From Holophagae bacterium (GTDB lineage: Bacteria; Acidobacteriota; Thermoanaerobaculia; Thermoanaerobaculales; Sulfomarinibacteraceae): a DNA stretch of 64,000 bases. The position numbers were made by a program, and so were the translations under genes. This document shows positions 10,348 to 18,118 of this stretch, one piece after another (positions within the stretch are counted from its first letter, which is position 1; every line of letters starts with the position of its first letter). Under the pieces are notes generated by a model. The model was not told the origin of the DNA, made no database searches, and was given only the letters and a program-made list of their open reading frames with translations. Location of the stretch: NCBI GenBank assembly GCA_003105185.1, contig PQAJ01000177.1, positions 14,848 through 78,847 on the forward strand, written 5' to 3'.

Positions 10348-11205
10348 ATGCTCAGCTACGTCGACCGGGTGCAGCTTGTCGTGCCGGACCGCAAAGCGGC
10401 GGTGGAGCGCTGGAACGTCATCTTCGGCGCCGAACAGGTGAGCGAGGATGGCTCGCGATTCCTCAACGCGCACCGGACCACCGTGCAGGCGGGCCGATCG
10501 CTGTTCGAGTTCCTCGAGCCCGCCGGGCCCGGCCCGGTGCAGGACTTCCGCGACCGCTGGGGACAGGGGCTTTACGGGGCGGGATTCTCGACACCGGACC
10601 TCGGCGCGATTGCGAAGCGGCTGGCGGCAGCCGGTGTGCCGGGGGTCGACGAGAAGGGCTGCCTCTACCTGGGCGAGACCAGGTTCGGCATGCCAACCGT
10701 AATCGTGCAGGACGAGCACAGGGACTTTGCCGGCCACATTCGTTGCGTGTACGAAGTCACCAACCCGGTTGGCTACTGGGAAGCGGCCTCGAGCTACTAC
10801 ACCGAGATCTTCGGGCTGGACCAATCGAAGTACTGCCCCATCGAAAGCAAGCTGTACGGCTACAAGGGCACACTTACCCTCTTCGACCCGCCGCACCGGC
10901 TCGACCGGATCGAGGTCACCCAGACCTGGGGCGGCGGCGCGATGGACCGCTTCTGGCAAAAGCGCGGCGACTCGCTCTACATGTGCTACATCGAAACCGA
11001 CGACGTGACGGCGATGGAGGCGCGGCTGCAGTCGGCCAACCTGCGCTACGCCCCCGGCGAAGGCCGCCCCGACGGCACGAACATCTTCATCCACCCGCAG
11101 ACGCTCTTCGGAATGCTGATGGGCGTGAGCAAGACGGACTATGGCTGGCTCTGGAGCGGGCGGCCCGAACTCGCCGGCGCGGGCCCGGGCGACGCGGCGC
11201 ACTGA
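10348..11205 (+). CDS. two-domain VOC/glyoxalase-like protein of unknown specificity
   Basis: ATG at 10348 (MLSYVDRVQLVVPDRKAAVERWNVIFGAEQ). The protein has two beta-alpha-beta-beta-beta-like halves. The family assignment is by sequence feel only. Confidence 0.45.
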   Translation: MLSYVDRVQLVVPDRKAAVERWNVIFGAEQVSEDGSRFLNAHRTTVQAGRSLFEFLEPAGPGPVQDFRDRWGQGLYGAGFSTPDLGAIAKRLAAAGVPGVDEKGCLYLGETRFGMPTVIVQDEHRDFAGHIRCVYEVTNPVGYWEAASSYYTEIFGLDQSKYCPIESKLYGYKGTLTLFDPPHRLDRIEVTQTWGGGAMDRFWQKRGDSLYMCYIETDDVTAMEARLQSANLRYAPGEGRPDGTNIFIHPQTLFGMLMGVSKTDYGWLWSGRPELAGAGPGDAAH

Positions 11206-11223
11206 GCCGGCCCGGACCCGCGC

Positions 11224-12156
11224 TCAGCGGTGGCCGATGAGCACCGCGAGGGCAGTGATGGTGAAGCCCACCCCTGCGATGATGATCTGCGGGTCGGTGA
11301 AGAGGATGCGGTCGGGGGCGTCGGTGCTGCGCGGGCCGTTCAGCAGGAGCAGGTAGCGGAAGAGCGCGAACGCCGCGAAGGGGATGGTCAGCGCCATCGA
11401 ACCGTCGGAAGGCACGCGCGCGGATTCGATGGTATAGAGCGAGTAGCTGAGCAGCACCGAAGCCGCGCTGATGGTGAGCATCTGCGCGAGGATGTCGCCG
11501 TTGTAGTGCGCGAGCGACGGGCGGTGGCGGGCTGCTTCGGGGCCGAGCTGGCGGTATTCGGCCCAGCGCTTGCTGCAGGCGAAGAAGAACGCGCCGAAGC
11601 TCGAACAGACGTAGAGCCACGGGCTGATGTCGACTTCGATGGCAGCGGCGCCACCCACCGCGCGCCCGACCACGCCCGTGCAGAGGATGAGGATGTCGAG
11701 CACCGGAGCGCGCTTCAGGCCGAACGAGTAGGCGGTCATGAGGGCCGCATAGCCCGCCAGCACTCCCCCTGCCATCGGGTCCAGCGCGAACGCGGGCGGG
11801 AGGGCCACGAGCACGAGCACGCCGGCCGCGAGCGCTGCCGTGGGCACGGGCAGGTCGCCGCTGGCGATAGGGCGGAAGCGCTTGCGCGGGTGGAGACGGT
11901 CGGCCTCGCGGTCCTGGATGTCGTTGACCAGGTAGGTGGCGCTGGCGACCAGGCACCAGAGCCCGAAGAGGGCGCCGCTGCGCCAGAGCAACGGCCACCA
12001 GGTGTCGGCTTCGCGCGGGACCCAGGCGTCGCCGGCGCTGAAGATGAGGGCCGCGAAGACGATCAGGTTCTTCGGCCACTGGTAGGGCCGCATGGCGACC
12101 ACCAGCGCCGGCAGCACCGAGCGCCCGCCCGCTGCTACCGTCGTCGCCTCGGTCAT
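11224..12156 (-). CDS. UbiA-family prenyltransferase, decaprenyl-phosphate phosphoribosyltransferase-like
   Basis: Polytopic protein with RPYQWPKNLIVFAALIF and the Asp-rich motif YLVNDIQDREADRLHPRKRFRPIASG. The ATG at 12156 forms an ATGA overlap with the ybaK stop, indicating translational coupling. Confidence 0.7.
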   Translation of the reverse strand: MTEATTVAAGGRSVLPALVVAMRPYQWPKNLIVFAALIFSAGDAWVPREADTWWPLLWRSGALFGLWCLVASATYLVNDIQDREADRLHPRKRFRPIASGDLPVPTAALAAGVLVLVALPPAFALDPMAGGVLAGYAALMTAYSFGLKRAPVLDILILCTGVVGRAVGGAAAIEVDISPWLYVCSSFGAFFFACSKRWAEYRQLGPEAARHRPSLAHYNGDILAQMLTISAASVLLSYSLYTIESARVPSDGSMALTIPFAAFALFRYLLLLNGPRSTDAPDRILFTDPQIIIAGVGFTITALAVLIGHR

Positions 12157-12635
12157 CCTGGCGACCGTACCACTGCGGCCCACTGACCGTTGACGGCGCG
12201 GACCAGGTCTTCGGTGCGGGCGGGGAAGACGGCGTTCGGGGCGCCGGCCGCGGCCCAGACCTCGTCGAAGCGCTTGAGCGAGTCATCGACGACCACGTCG
12301 ACCGGCTTCGGCCAGCCCACGGGCGCGACGCCGCCGACGGGGTAGCCGGTGTATTCCATGACCTCGGCGGGGGTACCCATCTTCAGCTTCTTGCGTCCGA
12401 CGCCGAGGATGGGCGCGAGCAGGGCGGTATCGACCTGGCGGTCGCCGGCGGCGAGGACCATGGTCGGGCGGCTTTCGGCCATGAAGAAGAGGGTCTTGAC
12501 GATCTGCCCGAGCGCGCAGCCGACCGCGTCGGCGGCTTCCTGGGCGGTGTGGGTGCTGCCGTCATCGAAGACGCGCACCCGCCCGGGGAGTCCGAGGGCG
12601 TCGAGGGCCTGTTGCACGCGTTCGGGGGAAGACAC
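12153..12635 (-). CDS. YbaK/EbsC-type aminoacyl-tRNA deacylase domain protein
   Basis: GTG at 12635 (VSSPERVQQALDALG...) gives 160 aa with GQIVKTLFFMAE and TGYPVGGVAPVG, typical of YbaK/ProX editing domains. The longer ORF extending to 12758 would run through repeat DNA. Confidence 0.75.
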   Translation of the reverse strand: MSSPERVQQALDALGLPGRVRVFDDGSTHTAQEAADAVGCALGQIVKTLFFMAESRPTMVLAAGDRQVDTALLAPILGVGRKKLKMGTPAEVMEYTGYPVGGVAPVGWPKPVDVVVDDSLKRFDEVWAAAGAPNAVFPARTEDLVRAVNGQWAAVVRSPG

Positions 12636-12640
12636 GCGGG

Positions 12641-12679
12641 AATTGTCGAGTGTCGAGGGGCGGATTGTCGATTCGGGGG
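12641..12679. repeat. heptamer tandem array (a), TGTCGA/AATCGAC type, degenerate
   Basis: aattgtcgagtgtcgaggggcggattgtcgattcggggg. It aligns over its whole length with array (f) at 46057..46094. It ends 5 nt from the ybaK GTG. Confidence 0.8.
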
Positions 12680-12685
12680 TTGGGG

Positions 12686-12861
12686 GACTCGCAGTCGCGC
12701 GGCTCCGCCCCCGCTTAATGACCCTGACGTTCGCGGCAGGCTCCCAAGGTCCCCGCACCCCCGCGCCACGGCCGAAGGCCGGGCGCGGGCAGGAGGCAGG
12801 CCGGCGTCCGGGCTGGGTGGTTGGTTGGGGTGAATAAGCGGGGGCGGAGCCCCGCGACTCC
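12686..12861. repeat. REPIN-like element, left copy
   Basis: Ends are inverted repeats (cagtcgcgcggctccgcccccgctt ... aagcgggggcggagccccgcgactcc), each containing an imperfect GCGGGGC/GCCCCGC palindrome. The core ggccgaaggccgggcgcgggcaggaggcaggccggcgtccgggctgggtggttggttggggtgaataagcggggg is identical to the right copy. Confidence 0.8.
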
Positions 12862-12877
12862 GGTATGATGACGTGTC

Positions 12878-13363
12878 GTGCGGTATCCCAAGACGATTCG
12901 CCGGCCCGACAAGGCTGAGTATGCTGATGTCGAACGCTGCTTCCACCTGACCATCCGTGCTCACCCGGAGGTGCATCGTTTCGCTCCGGCAGTTGCGGAG
13001 GCTGTCTGGCGCTCTGTCCTGCAGCAACGCGATCTGCCGCACGTCGAACTGCACGCCGCCTGTCTCATGCCCGACCACCTCCACCTGCTCGTTTCGCCGC
13101 GTGAGCGGGACATCATCGCTTTCGTGCGGACGTGGAAGTCGTGGACAACCCGGCTCGCTCGCGAAGCCGGGCACGCGTTGCCACTCTGGCAGCCGGGCAT
13201 GTGGGATCGCACCTGCCGTGATGAGGCCGACTTCGAGGTGACCGCCACCTATATCGTTCAGAACCCGGTGGTTGCGGGTCTGGTGGACGATGCCAGCCAA
13301 TGGCCGCACACGTGGGCGTTTTGGATGGAGTCGCGGGGCTCTGCCCCCGCTTCATGGCCCTGA
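12878..13363 (+). CDS. REP-associated tyrosine transposase (RAYT, IS200/IS605 Y1 HUH superfamily)
   Basis: 161 aa with a GTG start, the HUH motif in MPDHLHLLVSP and a catalytic-Tyr region TATYIVQNPVVAGLVDDASQWPH. The last ~12 codons and the stop are encoded by the right REPIN. Confidence 0.8.
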   Translation: MRYPKTIRRPDKAEYADVERCFHLTIRAHPEVHRFAPAVAEAVWRSVLQQRDLPHVELHAACLMPDHLHLLVSPRERDIIAFVRTWKSWTTRLAREAGHALPLWQPGMWDRTCRDEADFEVTATYIVQNPVVAGLVDDASQWPHTWAFWMESRGSAPASWP

Positions 13364-13500
13364 CGCTCGCGGCCAGCCCACCTGTTTTCGCACACCCCCC
13401 CGCGCCATGGCCGAAGGCCGGGCGCGGGCAGGAGGCAGGCCGGCGTCCGGGCTGGGTGGTTGGTTGGGGTGAATAAGCGGGGGCAGAGCCCCGCGCCTCC
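13327..13500. repeat. REPIN-like element, right copy
   Basis: ggagtcgcggggctctgcccccgctt ... aagcgggggcagagccccgcgcctcc, in the same orientation as the left copy. It ends 13 nt before the tlyA ATG. Confidence 0.8.
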
Positions 13501-13513
13501 GTACAATTCCCCC

Positions 13514-14257
13514 ATGCCACGCCTCCGCGCTGACCTGCTCCTCCTCCAACGCAACCTGGCGCCGACGCGCGAGGCGGCGCAGCGGCTCATTTTGGCCGGG
13601 CGGGTGCGGTCGGGGACGCTGGTGCTTGTCAAGCCCTCGCAGATGCTGGCGGAGGATGCCGAGCTCGCGGTCTCGGAGCCGGAACGGTACGTCTCGCGCG
13701 GGGGGCACAAGCTCGAAGGCGCGCTGTCCGGGTTCGGGATCGACGTGACCGGGTTGCGCTGCCTCGACCTCGGCGCTTCAACCGGCGGGTTCACCGATTG
13801 CCTGTTGCAGCACGGGGCGGCCTCGGTGTTCGCGGTCGACGTGGGGCGGGCTCAGCTGCACCAGCGCCTGCGCGAGGACCCGCGCGTGACGCTGCTCGAA
13901 GGCACGAACGCGCGCGCTCTGCCGGAGCTGCCGCCCATCGACTTCTTCGTGGCCGACCTGTCGTTCATCTCGCTGGCGAAGGTGTTGCCCTCGGTGGCGG
14001 AGCGGCTGGCGCCGGGCACGCCGGGGGTGGTGCTGCTCAAGCCCCAGTTCGAAGCCGGGCCGAAGGACGTGCCCCGCGGCGGAGTCATCCGCGACGGAGC
14101 GGTGTTGCAGCGCGTTTGTGACGAGTTCGTAAACCGCGCGACGAGCGAGGGGTGGCGCGTCTGTGGCATCATTCCCTCGCCCATTCGCGGAGGCGATGGC
14201 AATACGGAGTTTCTCGTGCATCTGATCTCGCCCTCGGGTCGTGTCGAACCATGCTGA
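13514..14257 (+). CDS. tlyA: TlyA-family rRNA 2'-O-methyltransferase
   Basis: ATG at 13514. It has an S4-like N-terminus (RADLLLLQRNLAPTREAAQRLILAGRV), YVSRGGHKL and the SAM motif LDLGASTGGFTDCLL. Confidence 0.85.
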   Translation: MPRLRADLLLLQRNLAPTREAAQRLILAGRVRSGTLVLVKPSQMLAEDAELAVSEPERYVSRGGHKLEGALSGFGIDVTGLRCLDLGASTGGFTDCLLQHGAASVFAVDVGRAQLHQRLREDPRVTLLEGTNARALPELPPIDFFVADLSFISLAKVLPSVAERLAPGTPGVVLLKPQFEAGPKDVPRGGVIRDGAVLQRVCDEFVNRATSEGWRVCGIIPSPIRGGDGNTEFLVHLISPSGRVEPC

Positions 14258-15105
14258 AGCGCGCGGTGGTCTTCCACGCGCCGCGCAGCGAGGGCGCGGC
14301 GGCGTTCGCGAACCAGCTTGCGCAGGAGCTGGAGCGACGCGGCGTCACCTGCACCGTCGGCGATGTCTGGGGCCCGCCGCCCATGGCTGCCATCGAAAGC
14401 GCCGGCGTGGTGATTTGTGTCGGCGGCGATGGGACGGTGTTGCGCGCGAGCCGGGTGACGGTGCCGCACGGCATCCCCATCCTCGGCGTGAACATGGGCC
14501 GGCTGGGGTTCCTGACCGACATGAGCCCGCGCGACTGCTTCAACCACGTCGAACGCATCGTCGCCGAGGACTGGCGCATCGAAGAGCGGCTGATGGTCCG
14601 CTGCGACGTGATGGATAACGGCCAAACGATCCACAGCCACGTAGGGCTGAACGATATCGTGGTCAGCCGGAACTCGCCCGGCCGGCCGGTGTACGTCGAC
14701 GTGCACATCGATGGCGCGCGGCTGGCCATCTACCGCTGCGACGGCATCATCGTGTCGACGCCGACAGGGAGCACGGGGTACTCGCTGAGCGCGGGCGGGC
14801 CCATCCTTGCGCCGACAGAGCACCACCTGGTGCTCACGCCGGTCTCGGCGCACCTCGCGCTCGGGCGGGCGCTGGTCCTGCAACCCGACGCGCTCGTCGA
14901 GATGGAGGTCACCTCTGACCACGGTGCCATCGTGAGCATCGACGGCCAGGAAGACATCCCGATCGACTCCGGAGTGCGAGTAGTGGTGCGCACGAGCGAC
15001 CACGTCACGCGGTTCGTCCGCTTCCGCGAGCCCGCGACGTTCTACGCCGAGCTGGCCGAGAAGCTCGAGATGCAGCTCTCGAGCGCCATGACTCCGCGTG
15101 CTTGA
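14251..15105 (+). CDS. nadK: NAD+ kinase
   Basis: The ATG at 14251 overlaps the tlyA end. It carries the GGDGT motif (VICVGGDGTVLRA), NMGRLGFLTD and IVSTPTGSTGYSLSAGGPIL. Confidence 0.9.
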   Translation: MLKRAVVFHAPRSEGAAAFANQLAQELERRGVTCTVGDVWGPPPMAAIESAGVVICVGGDGTVLRASRVTVPHGIPILGVNMGRLGFLTDMSPRDCFNHVERIVAEDWRIEERLMVRCDVMDNGQTIHSHVGLNDIVVSRNSPGRPVYVDVHIDGARLAIYRCDGIIVSTPTGSTGYSLSAGGPILAPTEHHLVLTPVSAHLALGRALVLQPDALVEMEVTSDHGAIVSIDGQEDIPIDSGVRVVVRTSDHVTRFVRFREPATFYAELAEKLEMQLSSAMTPRA

Positions 15106-16777
15106 ACGTCTCGAAATCACCGACTTCGCGGTAGCCCGTTCGGTCGTGATCGAACCGGGGCCGGGGCTCACGGTGTTCACCGGCGAGACCGGCGCGGGAA
15201 AGTCGCTGGTGGTCGATGCGCTGGCGTTCGTATTCGGGGCGCGCAGGGGACGCGAGGTCATCGCCACCGGCGCCGAACGGGCGGTGGTGCGCGCGACGGT
15301 CGCGCTCCCCGGGGGGCGCAAGACAATCGAGCGCTCGATCGCTCTCAGCGGCCGGACTTCGGCCCGGATCGATGACGCACCGGCGACGGTCGACGACCTG
15401 CGGGAACTCGCGGCCGGGCTGGTGGACATCCACGGGCAGTCCGAGCAGCTGTCGATCCTGCGCCCGCAGGTGCAGCTGGCCGTGCTCGACGAGTTCGCCG
15501 GGCTGGGGCCGCAGCGCGAGGCGGTGGCCGCGACAGTGCGGGAGCTGCGCGAAGCCCGGCGCCAGCTGCAGACGCTGACCACCGGCGCCCGCGAGCGGGA
15601 ACGGCTGGTCGAACAGCTGCGGTTCGAGGTGGACGAAATCGAGGGCGCGGAACTCCGTCCGGGCGAGGATGAGGAGCTGCGGCGGGAGCAAGCGGTGCTC
15701 GGCAACGCCGGGCGGCTGCTGGAGGACGCGGCCCTCGCTCTGGAGGCGCTGGACTCGGCGCCGGTGGGCGAGGCGGTACGCGCTGTGGGTGACCTCGCCG
15801 GACGCGACCCTTCGGCGGGCGAACTGGCCGAGCTGGCGACGGCTCTGGAATCCACAGCGAGCGACCTCGGGCGGGCATTGCGACAGTACTGCGACCGCGT
15901 CGAAGAGAACCCGGAGCGGCTCGCCGAAGTGGGCGAGCGGCTCGACCGGATGGCGCGGCTCTGCCGGAAGTACGGCGACACGGTGGCCGAGGTCATCGCC
16001 TATGGCCGGCAGGCGGCGGAACAGTTGGCGACGCTCACGGGCGCGGGGACCTCGCTCGAGGCGCTAAGCGAGCGCGAACAGGCGCTGCTGCGGCTGCTCG
16101 GCGAGCGGGCGACCGCGCTCTCCCGCGCCCGGCGCGGGGCCGCCGGTGACCTGGTCCACGCCATCGCGGCCGAACTCGAACACCTGGGCATGGGTGGGTC
16201 CACGCTCTCAGTCGGCTTTTCGTGCGAAGACGACGAGGCAGGCCCTGCAGTACCCGTGCCGGACTACGAGATCGTCATCACCCAGAGCCCCCTTGCAGGT
16301 GAGGGCGAACCGCACCCGCGCGCGTTCACCGAGAGCGGGGTCGACCGGATCGAGTTCCTGGTGTCGTTCAACCCCGGCGAGAGCCCGCGGCCGCTCTCGG
16401 CGGTGGCCAGTGGCGGGGAGACGTCGCGCTTCTTGCTCGCGCTCACGACGGCGCTAGGGAGGAGTGGCGAGGGCCGCATCGAGGTGCTGGACGAGGTCGA
16501 CGAGGGCGTGGGCGGACGCACGGGCGCGGTGGTCGGCGAGGCGCTGCTGCGGCTCGCCGCGCGCCACCAGGTGCTCTGTATCACCCACCTGCCCCAGGTC
16601 GCCGCGTACGGCGACCGCCACTTCGTGGTGACGAAGCAGACGGACGGTGCGCGAACGTGGAGCGAGGTCTGCGCAGTCGCCGGCGAAGCGCGCGTTCAGG
16701 AGCTGGCGGCGATGCTCGGCGGGCAGGGCGCGGAGAACGTTGCCGCGGCGCGCGCCCTGCTCCGCCGGGAAACCTGA
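15098..16777 (+). CDS. recN: DNA repair protein RecN
   Basis: 559 aa with N-terminal Walker A FTGETGAGKSLVVDAL, a long coiled-coil middle and a C-terminal signature/Walker B region (ASGGETSRFLLAL...VLDEVDEGVGG). Confidence 0.93.
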   Translation: MLERLEITDFAVARSVVIEPGPGLTVFTGETGAGKSLVVDALAFVFGARRGREVIATGAERAVVRATVALPGGRKTIERSIALSGRTSARIDDAPATVDDLRELAAGLVDIHGQSEQLSILRPQVQLAVLDEFAGLGPQREAVAATVRELREARRQLQTLTTGARERERLVEQLRFEVDEIEGAELRPGEDEELRREQAVLGNAGRLLEDAALALEALDSAPVGEAVRAVGDLAGRDPSAGELAELATALESTASDLGRALRQYCDRVEENPERLAEVGERLDRMARLCRKYGDTVAEVIAYGRQAAEQLATLTGAGTSLEALSEREQALLRLLGERATALSRARRGAAGDLVHAIAAELEHLGMGGSTLSVGFSCEDDEAGPAVPVPDYEIVITQSPLAGEGEPHPRAFTESGVDRIEFLVSFNPGESPRPLSAVASGGETSRFLLALTTALGRSGEGRIEVLDEVDEGVGGRTGAVVGEALLRLAARHQVLCITHLPQVAAYGDRHFVVTKQTDGARTWSEVCAVAGEARVQELAAMLGGQGAENVAAARALLRRET

Positions 16778-16784
16778 GGTTGAC

Positions 16785-18002
16785 CTACAGGAGGTCGCTC
16801 TCGAAAGCGCTGATCGAGAGGATCGGCGGCAGGGTGCCGGGCAGGCGCTCCCAGTGGTCGCCGCCGTCGCGGCCCATGTAGACCTGGCCGTTCGTCGTCC
16901 CGACGTAGACGCCTTCGGAGTCGGCCCCGTCGGTGTCCATCGCGTCGCGATAGGCGCTCTGGTAGTCGTGCGGGCCGGGGAGGCCGTTCTCGAGGCGAGC
17001 CCACGATTGCCCACTGTCGGTCGTCCGGTAGACGGCGAACTGGCCCGGGCAAACGCGGAAGTTATCGGCCGCGAACTCCAGCGGTACGACGAACACGGCA
17101 TCGGGTCCGCGCTTTGTCACCGCCAGCGGGAACCCGTGGAACGACGGGAGGCCCTCCGTGACATCGTTCCAGCTGCCGCCGCCGTCATCCGAGCGGAAGA
17201 CGCCGATGTGGGCCTGTCCCCACAGGCGGTCCGGGTTCTTTGAGTCCATGCGGAACTTGTGGAACTCGTTGGCGGCGGCCGGGTCGACGCCTTCCGGCAC
17301 TTCGAAGCCGTCGCCGAAGTCCATCTCCTCCATCGCCTTGAGCATTGCCCGGGCGCCGGGGTTGGTCGCGACGCAGTTGTGGGAGGTGTTCTTCCAGGTC
17401 TTGCCGCCATCGCTCGTGGCGTAGGTGCCGCCTGAGGCAATCGAGGCGAAGATGTGGTTGCCATCGCGGGGGTCGATCTCGATCCCGTGAAGGCTGGATG
17501 CGCCGCCGCCGGTCGGGTACCAGTACTTGCGCTCGGGGTGGTAGATGAGGCTTTCGACCGGCGCCCAGCTTTCACCGCGGTCGTCGCTGCGGAAGAGGCC
17601 GGCAGGCTGGGTGCCGGCCCAGACCACTCCCGGCTGGCTCGGGAGGCCCGGGGTGATGGCCCAGACGTTCTCGACCGTTACCGGCCCACGGTCAGTCATG
17701 CCGCCGGAGGCATCGAAATTGAGGTTGGGGATCGGGCGCGCCGGGTCCTGGGGGAAGGCAAGGCCGGGCGTGTTGAGTTCCCAGGTCTTCCCGCCGTCAT
17801 CGCTGCGGGCGACTGAGCGCCCCCATGCCCAGTGATTCGAGGCCGCGAAGATGCGCGGGCGGCTCTCGCGGGTGTCGACGGTCATGCTGAAGATCGAGGA
17901 GCCGCGCATGAGCGGCTCGGAGACGTCCCATTGGCTGCGGGCGTTGTTGGAGGTATAGATGAAGGCGCCTTTGCGGGTGCCGACGAGGACGTGAACGCGT
18001 GG
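16785..18002 (-). CDS. BNR/Asp-box repeat beta-propeller protein (sialidase/GH74-like fold)
   Basis: Six Asp-box-like motifs (RSDDGGKTW, RSDDRGESW, TSDGGKTW, RSDDGGGSW, TTDSGQSW, GRDGGDHW). TTG start at 18002 preceded by AGGAGGA with a 5-nt spacer. Confidence 0.7.
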   Translation of the reverse strand, partial: PRVHVLVGTRKGAFIYTSNNARSQWDVSEPLMRGSSIFSMTVDTRESRPRIFAASNHWAWGRSVARSDDGGKTWELNTPGLAFPQDPARPIPNLNFDASGGMTDRGPVTVENVWAITPGLPSQPGVVWAGTQPAGLFRSDDRGESWAPVESLIYHPERKYWYPTGGGASSLHGIEIDPRDGNHIFASIASGGTYATSDGGKTWKNTSHNCVATNPGARAMLKAMEEMDFGDGFEVPEGVDPAAANEFHKFRMDSKNPDRLWGQAHIGVFRSDDGGGSWNDVTEGLPSFHGFPLAVTKRGPDAVFVVPLEFAADNFRVCPGQFAVYRTTDSGQSWARLENGLPGPHDYQSAYRDAMDTDGADSEGVYVGTTNGQVYMGRDGGDHWERLPGTLPPILSISAFESDLL

Positions 18003-18059
18003 CAAGAAGGTCCTCCTGTAGTGAGAGGAGGAAAAGTATACTAACTCTACTGAGCGATC

Positions 18060-18091
18060 AAGACGGGCGCCCCCCCGGGGGCGCCCGTCTT
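18060..18091 (-). terminator. GC-rich hairpin downstream of the CAP-domain gene
   Basis: AAGACGGGCGCC-ccccc-GGGGCGCCCGTCTT, 28 nt after the stop at 18119. It has no clear U-tract. Confidence 0.4.
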
Positions 18092-18118
18092 CGTCGTAAT
18101 CTGCTGCCAGCCGGTCCG

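Larger units (their letters stand above)
12686..13500 (+). mobile_element. RAYT gene flanked by two REPIN-like elements
   Basis: Two direct ~175-bp copies (12686..12861 and 13327..13500) bracket a Y1/HUH transposase-like ORF. See the individual features. Confidence 0.75.

Noticed and set aside
10305-11240. 311-aa alternative-frame ORF overlapping the VOC-like gene.
   Set aside because: It is Arg/Gly/Pro-rich with no motifs, whereas the 10348-11205 frame has ordinary protein composition.
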